A stretch of 64,000 bases of DNA from Myxococcota bacterium (GCA_039028615.1 JBCCHT010000002.1:32001-96000); one strand, 5' to 3'. Numbered from the stretch's first letter, positions 52,010-62,586 are shown. Numbers and translations are program-made. The notes: a model not told the origin generated them from the sequence alone.

Positions 52010-52527
52010 CCATGACCGCTGCTGCCCATACCGTGATGGAGTCGCCCGTCGGCTCGATCCGCCTCGTGGCCACCCATACTGCGTTGCAGGGGCTGTACTG
52101 GCCCGAACATCGAGGGGCTCCCCCGATGCCACCTCCGGCCGAGGGGCCACATCCCGTGCTCGACCTGGCCGTGGCGCAGCTGCGTGAGTACTTCCGAGGA
52201 CGGCGCCGGATCTTTTCCGTGCCGCTCGACCCCCAGGGGACTACATTTCAACGTGAAGTGTGGCGGCAGCTGAGCAGCATCGCCTTTGGCCAGCACGAGA
52301 CCTACACCTCGGTGGCTGCCGCCATTGGGCGCCCCGCTGCCGTTCGAGCCGTAGCCTCCGCCAACGCCCGCAACCCCCTGTCCATCATCGTGCCCTGCCA
52401 CCGGGTGATCGGTCGCGACGGCACGCTGCGCGGGTACGCGGGCGGGTTGGACGCAAAGCGCTGGCTGCTCGAGCACGAGCGCACCCACGCCCCCCTGTCC
52501 ACCGTGGAGGCCTCATGCTCGAGATGA
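52006..52527 (+). CDS. ogt: Methylated-DNA-protein-cysteine methyltransferase
   Basis: IVPCHRVIG active site, GTTFQREVW. Confidence 0.95.
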   Translation: MTMTAAAHTVMESPVGSIRLVATHTALQGLYWPEHRGAPPMPPPAEGPHPVLDLAVAQLREYFRGRRRIFSVPLDPQGTTFQREVWRQLSSIAFGQHETYTSVAAAIGRPAAVRAVASANARNPLSIIVPCHRVIGRDGTLRGYAGGLDAKRWLLEHERTHAPLSTVEASCSR

Positions 52528-52781
52528 GACCCAACTGCGAGCGGTGCGACATCGATCTTCCCGCCGACGGTGCCGAAGCGCTGATCTGCAGCTTCGAATG
52601 CACCTTCTGCCGCCCCTGCGTCGAAGGCCCGCTGAACCAGACCTGCCCCAACTGCGGCGGAGGGTTCAGCCTGCGGCCCACCCGCGCGGCGGCCCTGTGG
52701 GAGCGCTACCCGCCGTCCACGAAGCGGGTGCGCGGAGCATCATCGCTGCCCCGAAGCGGGCAGCAGGAGGAATCGACATGA
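52515..52781 (+). CDS. DUF1272 domain protein
   Basis: MLEMRPNCERCD..ICSFECTFC..C..CPNCGG. Confidence 0.9.
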   Translation: MLEMRPNCERCDIDLPADGAEALICSFECTFCRPCVEGPLNQTCPNCGGGFSLRPTRAAALWERYPPSTKRVRGASSLPRSGQQEEST

Positions 52782-53080
52782 AAGCGTATTGCGAGCGCTG
52801 CGACGCAACGGTCGACGCGAGCCATCGGCACCCCACCACGCGAAAGCTGGGGTGGGTCTACGTCTCGCTCCTGATTCCGATCATCCCCATCCTCCCGATG
52901 GCGGCGTCCGACTACGTCGTCTCCCTGCCGTTGTTCATGGGGTACCTGCTCGGCTTCGGCCACGTGCTGGCCGTGCTCCGCGAGCCCGCGGTCTGCGACG
53001 AGTGCGGGGCGTACATCCCCAAGCCGGGCACGCCTCGCCCGGTCAGCGCCGCCGTGCCGTCGAATCCCTACCGGGGTTGA
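52778..53080 (+). CDS. Small membrane protein with two CxxC motifs (LITAF-like zinc ribbon)
   Basis: CERC, hydrophobic hairpin, CDEC; AGGAGG RBS; ATGA overlap. Confidence 0.7.
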   Translation: MKAYCERCDATVDASHRHPTTRKLGWVYVSLLIPIIPILPMAASDYVVSLPLFMGYLLGFGHVLAVLREPAVCDECGAYIPKPGTPRPVSAAVPSNPYRG

Positions 53081-54457
53081 TCACGCGACGGCGTCGCGCC
53101 GTCGCTTCCACACCAGGTACACGGGCACGCCCGCGAGCATCACCGCCATGTTCGCGAGCACGGTCCAGGTCTCCTGCACGAAGTAGTTGCCGAGCAGGAA
53201 CACCGCGGCCGCCAGGAACAACGCGGGCACGACCGGGTAGCCCCACGCTCGGTAGGGCCGCTCGGCGTCCGGCTCCCGCCGCCGCAGGATGAACACCGCG
53301 GCGACGCCCAGCGCGTAAAACGGCCAAATTCCGATGACGAACTGGTCGGCGAGCTGCGCAAAGGTGCGGACGGAGACGAACACCACGCCGAGCACCACCG
53401 ACAGGATGATCGCCCCGCCCGGCGTGCCAAAGCGCGGCTGCACCTTGGCCAGGCGGCGGAAGAACAGCCCATCCTCGGCCATCGCGTAGAAGATGCGGGG
53501 CCCGGTCATCATCGAGCCGTTGAGCGTGCCGAAGGTCGACAGCGCCACCGCGGCGGAGACCAGCACCACTCCGACGGGACCGATCACCGCCGACGCGACA
53601 TCGGCCGCGATGAGCTCGGAGCCCGGCATCTGTGAAAGCGGGACGACCAGCAGGTACGCCATCGTGACCGCGAGGTAGAGCACCGCGATGACCGAAGCCC
53701 CGAAGAAGAACGCCCGCGGCAGCGTGCGCTGCGGATCTTTGACCTCGCCGCTGACGTAGCCGACGTCCGACCACCCGTCGTAGGACCACAGCACAGGCAC
53801 CATGGCCAGGCCGAAGGCGGACACCATGCTCATCGACTCGCGGGGCGCCGCGACCTCGGTGGTGACCGTGCTCGTGCCCAGCGAGGCGATGCCCAAGACC
53901 ACCAGCGCGATCAGGGCGGCGACCTTCAGCACGGTGCTGGCGTTTTGCACCCAGGCGCCGCGGTCGATCCCGCGATAGTTGATCCAGCCCACCACGATGA
54001 CCAGCACTCCCGCGAGGATCTGCGCCCGGGTCAGCGGTCCGAGCACCTCGATGCCGCCGTCCATCCCGAACACCCGCCACAGGTACTCGCTGCTGGTGAT
54101 GGAGATCGCCCCGTACGACGCGGGCCGCAGCACGAGCAGCTGGGTCCAGCCGAACAAGAACGCGGCCAGGCCTCCGTAGGCGCGGCGCAGATAGACGTAG
54201 ATCCCGCCCGTCCGCGGCATCATGGCCGAAAGCTCCGAGTAGCTCAGCGCGCCCGCGACCGCCACGAGGCCGCCCACCGCCCACGCGGCGAGGAACAGCC
54301 ACACGACGTCGAGCCGCTCCGCCACCACCGCGGGCGTCCGAAAGATGCCGCTGCCGATGGTGGAGCCGATGAGCACCGCCGCCGCGCTGGCGAAACCGAG
54401 CTTGCGGGGCAGGCGTTCACCCCAGCGATCGGGCTCGGGCTGCGCGTCATCGGTCAC
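53081..54457 (-). CDS. APC family amino acid permease
   Basis: IGSGIF, YSELSAMMPRTGG, YDGW..SGEVKDP; GTG start inferred. Confidence 0.92.
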   Translation of the reverse strand: MTDDAQPEPDRWGERLPRKLGFASAAAVLIGSTIGSGIFRTPAVVAERLDVVWLFLAAWAVGGLVAVAGALSYSELSAMMPRTGGIYVYLRRAYGGLAAFLFGWTQLLVLRPASYGAISITSSEYLWRVFGMDGGIEVLGPLTRAQILAGVLVIVVGWINYRGIDRGAWVQNASTVLKVAALIALVVLGIASLGTSTVTTEVAAPRESMSMVSAFGLAMVPVLWSYDGWSDVGYVSGEVKDPQRTLPRAFFFGASVIAVLYLAVTMAYLLVVPLSQMPGSELIAADVASAVIGPVGVVLVSAAVALSTFGTLNGSMMTGPRIFYAMAEDGLFFRRLAKVQPRFGTPGGAIILSVVLGVVFVSVRTFAQLADQFVIGIWPFYALGVAAVFILRRREPDAERPYRAWGYPVVPALFLAAAVFLLGNYFVQETWTVLANMAVMLAGVPVYLVWKRRRDAVA

Positions 54458-54539
54458 GGAGCGCAGTGTACCCACGGCCGCCCTCCACGCCGAGCAGGAG
54501 CCCTGGTGGGCACCTGCGGCCTTGTTATGGTCCCTCGCC

Positions 54540-55310
54540 ATGCGCTTATCCGAGCGAGTCGTGCTCATCACCGGGGCTTCGTCGGGCCTCGGTCGCAGTG
54601 TCGCCCTGGCCCTGGCGCATCGGGGCAACCGGGTCGCGGTGGTCGCCCGCCGAGGGCACTTGCTCGAGACCCTGGCCGAGGAGATCCGCGGCTACGGCTC
54701 GGACCCCCTGCCGCTGGTCGGTGATGCACTCGACCCCGAGTTCGCTCGGTCCGCCGTCGATGCGGTGATCGATCGCTGGGGTCGACTCGATGCCTGCCTG
54801 CTCAACATCGGCCACGGCCCCACCCAGGATCTACGGACGATCGATGCCGCCGCCGCGTCGTCGATCATGCGGCTGAACTACGACACGCTCGTGAACTTCT
54901 TCTTTCCCGTGGCGGCGGTGATGAAGACGCAGCCCGAGGGCGGGCTCATCGCGCATACCAACTCGTTGGCGGGCTACCTGGGCATTCCGTTGCAAGGCCC
55001 CTACTGCGCGGCCAAGGCCGCGGGGCGCCTGTTCATGGAGACGGCCCAGATCGAGCTGGCCGCCGAAGGCGTCCGCGCGATCACGATCTGCCCCGGCTTC
55101 ATCGGCACGGGCACGGGCAACGACGAGGAACTCGAGCGCCCCTTCGAGGTCACCGTGGAGCAAGCCGCCCACGCGATCATCCGAGCGATGGAGAAGGAAG
55201 ACCCCGAGTCGGCCTTCCCCCGCCGCCTCTATGCGCTGACCCGCGTCGCCCGCTGGCTGCCGCGACCGGTGCGACAGGCCGCGCTGCGTCGGGTCATCGG
55301 CGGCGAGTAG
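54540..55310 (+). CDS. Short-chain dehydrogenase/reductase
   Basis: TGASSGLG, NS, YCAAK. Confidence 0.92.
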   Translation: MRLSERVVLITGASSGLGRSVALALAHRGNRVAVVARRGHLLETLAEEIRGYGSDPLPLVGDALDPEFARSAVDAVIDRWGRLDACLLNIGHGPTQDLRTIDAAAASSIMRLNYDTLVNFFFPVAAVMKTQPEGGLIAHTNSLAGYLGIPLQGPYCAAKAAGRLFMETAQIELAAEGVRAITICPGFIGTGTGNDEELERPFEVTVEQAAHAIIRAMEKEDPESAFPRRLYALTRVARWLPRPVRQAALRRVIGGE

Positions 55311-55330
55311 CCCCGCAACTGCGCACGCGC

Positions 55331-56560
55331 TTACGCGGTCTGAGGCTGCCCCTGCCAACGCTCCACGCGCAGCTCGATCGGCTCGGCCCGATGGGCGTTG
55401 CCTCGGACCACGCGCATCCATCCCTCGTGCAGGCCCATCGCAATCACGGCACAGGTGGCGGTGGCGGTCGGGTCCTCGGGGTCGGGCTCGATGCACAAAC
55501 TGCCCTTCCCGTCCTCCTGGGTATGCAGCAGGCTCCAGAGCGCTTCGGCATCGGTGGGGCGCTGCTGGGCATAGAGCGTGGTGGCCAGGTTGAGCCGCGC
55601 AAAGCTGGTGCTGCCCGCGGGGACCGCCTCCCGCCGTCGCAGCACGGGATCGAAGCAGTGGTTGGTGTGCACGTGCGCCGCCCGGGGCCCCAGCTGCGTC
55701 AGCACCTTGAGCTCACCGCTGGTCTCGATGCCGTAGTAGTCGTAGCCGTCGGCGATCACGTAGTGGTGCCCACTGGATAGAGGCGTGCGCTCGAGCAGGG
55801 CCCGCGCCGCCGCGGCGTTGGGCTCGTCGAGCATCGCCCGCACCACCGCCGGCCACACCACGCCCACACGCGCATCGGTACTCGACAGGTTGTTGACGGT
55901 CACCGCGACGCCTCGACCGCTAATGCCCGCGGCGCCCAAACACCCCGCCAGCGTCATGCACAGCACCTCTTCGTCACGGTCTTTGGGAGCGATCCGCAGC
56001 ATGCGGACGTGAGCCTCCGCGTTGCCGTGCAGGTCCCAGGTCACCCCCTGGAGCGGCCCTCGCTTGCCGTTGAAGTACACCGCCGTACAGCCTCCGGGAT
56101 CCCCTCCCGCGCCTTCGACCTCGGCCTCGTTCCGACCGATCGGTTGGCCAGCGTCGGCGTCGAGCACTGCGCGGGGAACATCACGAAGATCGGTGTAGTG
56201 GTTGAGCACCACCACCCGCTCGGGCGACACGTCGGCCCCCTCGGCAATGCCTTCGAGTTCGTCGGCCATGGCCGGTAGGTGCCGCCTGAGGCAAGGCAGA
56301 TGCAGACCCGCGACACCGAGGACTTCTGCCTCATCGCGGAAGTCTCCGCAGCGCAGGGCCAGGGCGAGGCGGATCTCGGCGAGCTCGGCGACGGCCGCTC
56401 TCCAGTGCTCGCCATGGGCTCGACCGCGCTCTTTGGCATCGACCTGGTCGAGCACCAACGGTTCGAGTGGGTGGGCGACTCTCCCACCGGGGTTTGTCTC
56501 GCCCGGTCGGGCGTCAACATCACTGGGCCGGCTCACATGTCGATCATAGCTTGAATCCAT
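55331..56560 (-). CDS. C45 family Ntn-hydrolase / acyltransferase
   Basis: ERGRAHG, ELEGIAEGA, GGCTA autocleavage site, HTNH; start uncertain. Confidence 0.85.
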   Translation of the reverse strand: MDSSYDRHVSRPSDVDARPGETNPGGRVAHPLEPLVLDQVDAKERGRAHGEHWRAAVAELAEIRLALALRCGDFRDEAEVLGVAGLHLPCLRRHLPAMADELEGIAEGADVSPERVVVLNHYTDLRDVPRAVLDADAGQPIGRNEAEVEGAGGDPGGCTAVYFNGKRGPLQGVTWDLHGNAEAHVRMLRIAPKDRDEEVLCMTLAGCLGAAGISGRGVAVTVNNLSSTDARVGVVWPAVVRAMLDEPNAAAARALLERTPLSSGHHYVIADGYDYYGIETSGELKVLTQLGPRAAHVHTNHCFDPVLRRREAVPAGSTSFARLNLATTLYAQQRPTDAEALWSLLHTQEDGKGSLCIEPDPEDPTATATCAVIAMGLHEGWMRVVRGNAHRAEPIELRVERWQGQPQTA

Positions 56561-56612
56561 TAACCGCTTCGATTGCGGTCGCTACTCCGCGCACCCCTGC
56601 TAAGGTGGTGAC

Positions 56613-57497
56613 GTGATGGGACGTCGACGGGTCGAAACCGGGTACTACGGCGGTCCAGGCTTCGCGCTCTACCACGCGCGAGGCGCTGAGGGTCGGACGC
56701 CGCTGGAGCCCCACTTCCACGACGAGTACCTCATCTCCGCTCAGGTTCGCGGGGACGAGCAGTTCCACGTAGGAAGTACGCTGCACCGTTTCCGCGAAGG
56801 CGACATCGCACTCATCAACCCGCAGCAGGTGCACACCGGCAATGCCCGCGGGGACGATGTCGAGTACGTCAGCCTCTATGTCGACCGCGAGGTCGTCCGG
56901 GCGCTGGCCAACGACCTCGGTGCGCCCAACCACACCCCCGAGTTCACGTCGCTTCGCGCCTGCGCCCACCAAGACCTGGTGCGCTCCATGGCGCACCTGC
57001 TCGAGCTGGTGCGCCGCCGCGACGGCGACTTCGGTCCCGAAGGCAACGCCGACCCGCCCACCACGCTGGATATCAACACCGCCTTGCAGCAGGTGTTGGT
57101 CTGGTCCTTCGAGGGCTTCTCCAACCTCCGGGTGCCCCGCATGCGTTCCACCGCGCGCGTGGGCCATCGCAAGATCGCCCGGGTGCTCGAGTACCTCCGC
57201 TCGCTGCCTCCCAACGCGACCCCCGAGGACACCTCGCTCGACCGCCTCGCCCTCGAGGCCGAGCTGTCCAAGTTCCACTTCGTGCGACAGTTCCAGCGCT
57301 CGGTCGGCATGACCCCGGGCGCGTACCTCCGCACCTTGCGGCTGTGTCACGCCGCGCGCCTGCTCCGGCGCCGTCGCGATCCCATCGTCGACATCGCCAT
57401 GGCGGTCGGGTTCTCCGATCACCCCAGCTTCAGCCGCGCCTTTGCCCGCCACATGGGCATGACCCCGAGCCAGTACCGCGCGCTCGGGCCCCTGTAG
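56613..57497 (+). CDS. AraC family transcriptional regulator
   Basis: PHFHDEY cupin domain, LSKFHFVRQF..GMTP, GFSDHPSFSRAF. Confidence 0.92.
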   Translation: MMGRRRVETGYYGGPGFALYHARGAEGRTPLEPHFHDEYLISAQVRGDEQFHVGSTLHRFREGDIALINPQQVHTGNARGDDVEYVSLYVDREVVRALANDLGAPNHTPEFTSLRACAHQDLVRSMAHLLELVRRRDGDFGPEGNADPPTTLDINTALQQVLVWSFEGFSNLRVPRMRSTARVGHRKIARVLEYLRSLPPNATPEDTSLDRLALEAELSKFHFVRQFQRSVGMTPGAYLRTLRLCHAARLLRRRRDPIVDIAMAVGFSDHPSFSRAFARHMGMTPSQYRALGPL

Positions 57498-57523
57498 GCC
57501 GCGTCGAACCGCTGCTGCGCCGC

Positions 57524-60500
57524 TCAGGGCTGCTCGCCGCGGAGCCCGAGCCACGCATCGATATCGGTGAGTCGTGGGGCAAAGACCTCGCCGAAGCTCG
57601 CCCAGCGGGTGCGAGCGGCTCGGGCCGAGCGTAGCGCCTCTTCGCTCGCGGCCGGGTCGGTCCCCAGCTCGCGCGCGAGCGCCCACTGCACCTTCGCCCG
57701 GGTGGCCGGCCCCACGTCGTTGGACTGCGCGAGCGCCAGCGCCTCGCGAAGGTGACCTCGCGCGACCTCGTGGCGCCCCGCCGCCTGCTCCACCTCGGTG
57801 AGCGTCAACAACATGAGCACGAGGTTGCCGTTGCGGTCGCCCATCAACAGTCGAGCAATGCGCATCGCCTCGGTCAGCGCCGTGCGGGCCTCGGTCAGCT
57901 CGCCCCGCGCCAGGTGCAGTCGCGCCCGCCCCCAATGCACCCGCTCCATGGCGGGCTCTTCGGGGCTGAAGTTGGCGTCGACGATCGGCTCCGCCAACGC
58001 GAAGCGCTCGGCCGCGTCGTCGATGCGCCCCAGCTCGAGCGCCAGCACCCCTTCGTCGACCAGGATCTGCGCCACCACGCCGTGGCTCGGGCCGTGGACC
58101 GCCTCGAGGAGGTCCCGCGCGCGCTGAAAAAGCGCCAAGGCCTCGGTGGGCTGCCCCATGGCCACGCGCAGGCGAGCCTGATCGATCCAGTTCCACCCGA
58201 TCTCGGGATGCCCGGGCTCGACCGCGTCCTCGTAGATCGCCTGGGCCTCCGCGTAGAGCTTCTTCGCCTCTTCGAAGCGCTCCTGGAGGACTGCGACGTC
58301 CCCCAACCCGCCGAGAGCCCGCGCGACGGGGACCGTCCGGTCGCCGGTCGACTCGCGATAGATCTCGATCGCCCGGCGATACAGCGCGTTGGCCCGCTCC
58401 CGCTCGGAGAGCACCGCCACCGTCTCGGCGAGGTTGGTCAGCACATGGGCGAGGGACGGATGCTTGGGGCCGAATACCGTCTCGAAGATCTCGACCGCAT
58501 GCTCGTAGTTGTCTCGAGCCGACTCGAAGCGCCCCATCTGATGCACGCACAGGGCCAGCCGCTCCAGGGCCGTCGCGACCTCGGGATGGTCTTCGCCCAG
58601 TGCCTCGACCAAGACATCGTGTGCTCGCTGGAAGTGCTCGAGGGCCTCCTCGTACTTGCCCTCATGCGCGAGCATGACCCCGAGGTTGCCGTCGAGCCGA
58701 GCTTGCATGGCCGGGTCGGGCGGCAGGCGATCGATCGAGGACTGTGCGTGGCGAGCCCACCGCCGCGCCTCGTCGAAGCGACCCAGCCGCTGCGCCTCGA
58801 CGTGCACCAGCGTGGTCGCGGTGTCGGCCGCCAGCTCGTAGTCGTCGATGCTGCTGGCGAAGTGTGTCGCCTCGATCAGGGCCTCGGCCGCCTGCTTGGT
58901 GTCGCCACGCATGAGCCCGAAACGCGCGACGATGACCCGGGCGCGACCGATCGTGGGGGGGTGCCCCAGCGCCTGTGCCCGCACCAACGCCTGGCGCGCC
59001 CGCTCCTCGCCCTCGTCGTAGCGCCCGACCCTCCCGTGGGCCCACGCGATTTCCAGATCGGTGTCGACCTTCTCGGCCTCCCGACGAATCCGCGGGTCGG
59101 CGGGCAACGGCACGGTGGAGCGCAGGATGGCCAGATCCTCGCAGCGAGCCAGCTGGGGTAGCCCCGCCACCTGCTGCACCGCGCTCGAGACCACTCGCGC
59201 GTCGGCATCCAGCAGCAGCTCCACCGTGGTGGACATCGATCCGTGGGCATCGCTGAGACACCGCATCTTCAGGTCGAGGTCTTCGTCCGCGGCCGGTCCC
59301 GGGTCCCCGCCGCCCATGCACGTCCGCTCGTAGCTCGAGCGCCAGTCGTCGGCGTAGTCGTCGAGTCGACGAGCGGCGCGTTCGTAGGCATCGGCGGCAT
59401 AGCTGCGCCCGGTGGCGACGAAGGCCGCGCGCAGCTGCTCGCTCTTCTCGTCGCCCCAGATCGAGTCGATGCGCTGGGCCCCGGCGTCGCAGGCCTCGGC
59501 CCGGTCGTCGACGATCGCCCATCGCGAGATCCACCCGAGAAGCGACAGCCCCACGACGCTCGCGATGGCCCACGAGCGAGCACTACGACCGCGCCCGACC
59601 TTCGCGAGCTGGGCTCGCAGCGCGTGCATGCTCTCGAAGCGACCGTCCGGCTCGGGGCTGAGCCCGCGGGTGAGCACCCCTCGCAGCTCCCGAGGCACGG
59701 GGACCTTGGCGTCTTCGAAGTCGAAGTTGGCGCGGTGCTTGTCGCGAGCGAGCGCCTCGAAGTCGCGAGTGTCGAAGGGCCTACGGCCGAGCCACAGCTG
59801 GAAGGCCGTGACACAGAAGGCGTACTGGTCGGCCCGCGCGTCGATGTCCACCGTATGGTGCTGCTCGGGCGCCATGTAGGGCGGCGTGCCCACGACCATG
59901 CCGTCCCGCGTCAGATCACCCGTGGGCTCGAGCGAGACGACCGAGGTCGTGCCGTCGAGCGAGCCCGGGGCCTGGCGCTCGACCAGCCGCGCGAGCCCGA
60001 AATCCATGACGAGCACGCGGCCGTCGTCGTCGAGCATCACGTTCGCGGGCTTGAAGTCGCGATGCACGAAGCCCGCGTCGTGGACCGCCCCCAGCCCCTG
60101 CGCGGCGGCCTCGAGCACCTCGAGCATGCGCTTGGGCGAGTGCGGACCACGACGAGCCCAGGCCGACAGTGTCTGACCTTTGACGAGCTCCATGGCCAAA
60201 AAGACCCGCCCCCGATGAACCCCGACGTCGTAGATCGACACGACGTTGGGGTGCGAGAGCCGGGCGAGCGCCAAGCCCTCGCGACGCAGCCGCTCCTGCG
60301 CCCGGTCGTCGGCGCGGCCTCGCTCGAGCAGCAGCTTGATGGCGACCGCTCGGTCGAGCTCGGGGTCGTCGGCCTCCCACACCACGCCCATGCCCCCGCG
60401 GCCGATCCGCTGTACCAGTCGGTAGCGTCCGATGCGTTCGCCGGGCGTCAGCGCCTCGCTACTTGGCGGCCGAGCCAGCTTGTGGGTCGGGGTGTGGGCG

Positions 60501-60565
60501 TCGGCCTCTCGCGGTTGCCCCTGCACCGTGAGCGTCTCGACCTCGCTGTCGATCCCCTGCCCCAC
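57524..60565 (-). CDS. Membrane Ser/Thr protein kinase with C-terminal TPR repeats
   Basis: GRGGMGVV, VAIK, HRDFKPANV, DFG, YMAPE; TM segment; GEDHPEVA/GPKHPSLA TPRs. Confidence 0.93.
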   Translation of the reverse strand: MGQGIDSEVETLTVQGQPREADAHTPTHKLARPPSSEALTPGERIGRYRLVQRIGRGGMGVVWEADDPELDRAVAIKLLLERGRADDRAQERLRREGLALARLSHPNVVSIYDVGVHRGRVFLAMELVKGQTLSAWARRGPHSPKRMLEVLEAAAQGLGAVHDAGFVHRDFKPANVMLDDDGRVLVMDFGLARLVERQAPGSLDGTTSVVSLEPTGDLTRDGMVVGTPPYMAPEQHHTVDIDARADQYAFCVTAFQLWLGRRPFDTRDFEALARDKHRANFDFEDAKVPVPRELRGVLTRGLSPEPDGRFESMHALRAQLAKVGRGRSARSWAIASVVGLSLLGWISRWAIVDDRAEACDAGAQRIDSIWGDEKSEQLRAAFVATGRSYAADAYERAARRLDDYADDWRSSYERTCMGGGDPGPAADEDLDLKMRCLSDAHGSMSTTVELLLDADARVVSSAVQQVAGLPQLARCEDLAILRSTVPLPADPRIRREAEKVDTDLEIAWAHGRVGRYDEGEERARQALVRAQALGHPPTIGRARVIVARFGLMRGDTKQAAEALIEATHFASSIDDYELAADTATTLVHVEAQRLGRFDEARRWARHAQSSIDRLPPDPAMQARLDGNLGVMLAHEGKYEEALEHFQRAHDVLVEALGEDHPEVATALERLALCVHQMGRFESARDNYEHAVEIFETVFGPKHPSLAHVLTNLAETVAVLSERERANALYRRAIEIYRESTGDRTVPVARALGGLGDVAVLQERFEEAKKLYAEAQAIYEDAVEPGHPEIGWNWIDQARLRVAMGQPTEALALFQRARDLLEAVHGPSHGVVAQILVDEGVLALELGRIDDAAERFALAEPIVDANFSPEEPAMERVHWGRARLHLARGELTEARTALTEAMRIARLLMGDRNGNLVLMLLTLTEVEQAAGRHEVARGHLREALALAQSNDVGPATRAKVQWALARELGTDPAASEEALRSARAARTRWASFGEVFAPRLTDIDAWLGLRGEQP

Positions 60566-60616
60566 CCCTCGACTAGCATGGGCGCCCCCTGCGGTGGTCG
60601 CAAGCCAACGGCGGAG

Positions 60617-61813
60617 TCAGGCCGAGGCCGGCGGCGAGAGTCGTCGTGCCGGACCGAGCACCAAACCGGCCAGAACCAGCGCCATCACCCCTCCCGCGAC
60701 CATCACGGGTAAATAGCCCAGCTGGTCCGCCACCGCGCCCGCGGCCGGATACGCGATCAGGGATCCACTCATATAGACGACCTGCGCCGCGGTGAACTGA
60801 GCCGCGCCCGCATCCTCGCTCCGCCACGACATCGCCAGGTGGAAGATGGCGACCGCCACCGCGCCCCCGGCCGCGTTCTCCAGCCCGCCCACGATGGCAT
60901 AGCCGATCGGCGTGACGTCGAACTGCGAGTAGATGCCCAGCGCCACCAAACATAGCCCCTGGAGGCCGGCCGCCTTGGGCAGCAGACCCTGCCAGCCCCC
61001 TCGCCATGCGATCGCACCGCCGATGGCGGCCCCGACCATCGTCATGATGCCGCCCACCGCCCCGTCGATGGTGCCGATGAGCGGCACGGAGAACCCCTGG
61101 TCGACGAGCATCGGGGTCACCATGGCGCCGCCGAAGGTCTCGCCGAATTTGGCGAAGACCAAAAATGCCCAGAACCACGCCCCCTGAGATCCGATGGCGC
61201 GACGCAGGGCCGAGAGCACGTCGCCCAGGCTCTCGGGCGTCCGGGTTCGCGGCGGCTCGTGAAACAGCAACACCGCGACCATCACCACGAAGATGAGCGC
61301 GGCCATGATCCCGAACGCACCCGACCAGCCCAGCCACGCGGTGACCGACAGCAGCACGCCACCGCCGACGATGTTGCCGAGCTTGAAGCCGGAGACCTGC
61401 GCCGCGTTGCCCGGGGCCAGCTCGCGATCGCCCAGCAGGTCGACCGCGAGTCCATCGACCGCGATGTCTTGCGTCGCCGCGAACACGTTGAGCAAAAGGA
61501 ACATGGCCGCGACCAGCCACAGACCATCCCGGGGCTCGATGCCGATGAAGGCCAGCGTGATCCCGAGCATCCCCAGCTGAGCCGGCACCAACCATGTCTT
61601 GCGATGACCAAAACCGGCGTGGCCGAAACGATCGACCAGCGGCGCCCACAACAGCTTGAGCATCCACGGCAGCGACAGCGCCCCCGCGAAGCCGACCTCG
61701 GTCAGGCTCAGGCCCTCCATGCGCAAGATCGCGGGCAAGGCCTTGGACAAAAACCCTCCGGGGAGCCCCTGGCAGAAGTACAGCGCAAAGAGCAGCGGTA
61801 GGGTCCGACCCAC
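60617..61813 (-). CDS. MFS transporter, AmpG/RhtX family
   Basis: LYFCQGLP, LPWMLKLLWAPLVD, ATQDIAVDG; GTG start inferred. Confidence 0.88.
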   Translation of the reverse strand: MGRTLPLLFALYFCQGLPGGFLSKALPAILRMEGLSLTEVGFAGALSLPWMLKLLWAPLVDRFGHAGFGHRKTWLVPAQLGMLGITLAFIGIEPRDGLWLVAAMFLLLNVFAATQDIAVDGLAVDLLGDRELAPGNAAQVSGFKLGNIVGGGVLLSVTAWLGWSGAFGIMAALIFVVMVAVLLFHEPPRTRTPESLGDVLSALRRAIGSQGAWFWAFLVFAKFGETFGGAMVTPMLVDQGFSVPLIGTIDGAVGGIMTMVGAAIGGAIAWRGGWQGLLPKAAGLQGLCLVALGIYSQFDVTPIGYAIVGGLENAAGGAVAVAIFHLAMSWRSEDAGAAQFTAAQVVYMSGSLIAYPAAGAVADQLGYLPVMVAGGVMALVLAGLVLGPARRLSPPASA

Positions 61814-61967
61814 GACGGGCCGACCATAACGCGGTCCACGGGCGCCGTGCTCGACGCCGGGAAACGGGTAGACTGGGCGCCTGGACCCTCCTGCGCCACG
61901 CTTCGATCCCAGCGGCCGTGATTCCACGGGCGGTAGCCGCGGTCGCTCCGACGACGGCCGGCGAAAG

Positions 61968-62582
61968 GTGCTCATGCTCGGCGCATGTGCCGTGATGTTG
62001 GCCCTGCTCTCGGCATCGGTTGCCAACGCCAGCCGGGCCAGCCTGCGCTGCATCGAAGGTCACTTGGTGGCGTACCAGGGCCGGCTGCTGCCCTGGGGCG
62101 AGGAGCCCCTCGAAGGCCTCGAGCCCCTGCCGGTCACCCCGGACGCCTGCGACGAGGAACACTTCGAGGACCGCGGTGACCTGGAGGTCCGCTACCGCGA
62201 GATTGCGGTCGGCGACGCCGACGAGGCGCTGCGCACCGAGGACCAGGAGGCGATCGAGACCTCCCTCGGTGCGCTCGACAAGCTGCCGACCGATGCCGAT
62301 CAGGGCCTCGCTCGGCGCTACCGTCAGCTCATCGAAGCGCTCTTGCAGGTCGAGGTCCAGCGCGCTCGACAGACCCGGCAGCGCGCCCTTCATCGCATCG
62401 AGCAAGCCCGCCGCGCGGGGGTCGACGAGACCACCCTGCGCGAGGCCGAAGCCCAGCTCGACCCGCCGCCCCCTTCGCGACCGACCGAGGCCGAAGCCGC
62501 CCCCGCGCCCCCGCCGGTCGAGCCACCATCGACACCGCACGAACCCGTGCTCGCCGAACCGGACTCGCCTCGCTCCTTGTGA
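61968..62582 (+). CDS. Hypothetical membrane-anchored/secreted helical protein
   Basis: Hydrophobic N-terminus, helical body, Pro-rich tail, followed by a terminator; start uncertain. Confidence 0.6.
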   Translation: MLMLGACAVMLALLSASVANASRASLRCIEGHLVAYQGRLLPWGEEPLEGLEPLPVTPDACDEEHFEDRGDLEVRYREIAVGDADEALRTEDQEAIETSLGALDKLPTDADQGLARRYRQLIEALLQVEVQRARQTRQRALHRIEQARRAGVDETTLREAEAQLDPPPPSRPTEAEAAPAPPPVEPPSTPHEPVLAEPDSPRSL

Positions 62583-62586
62583 ATTG

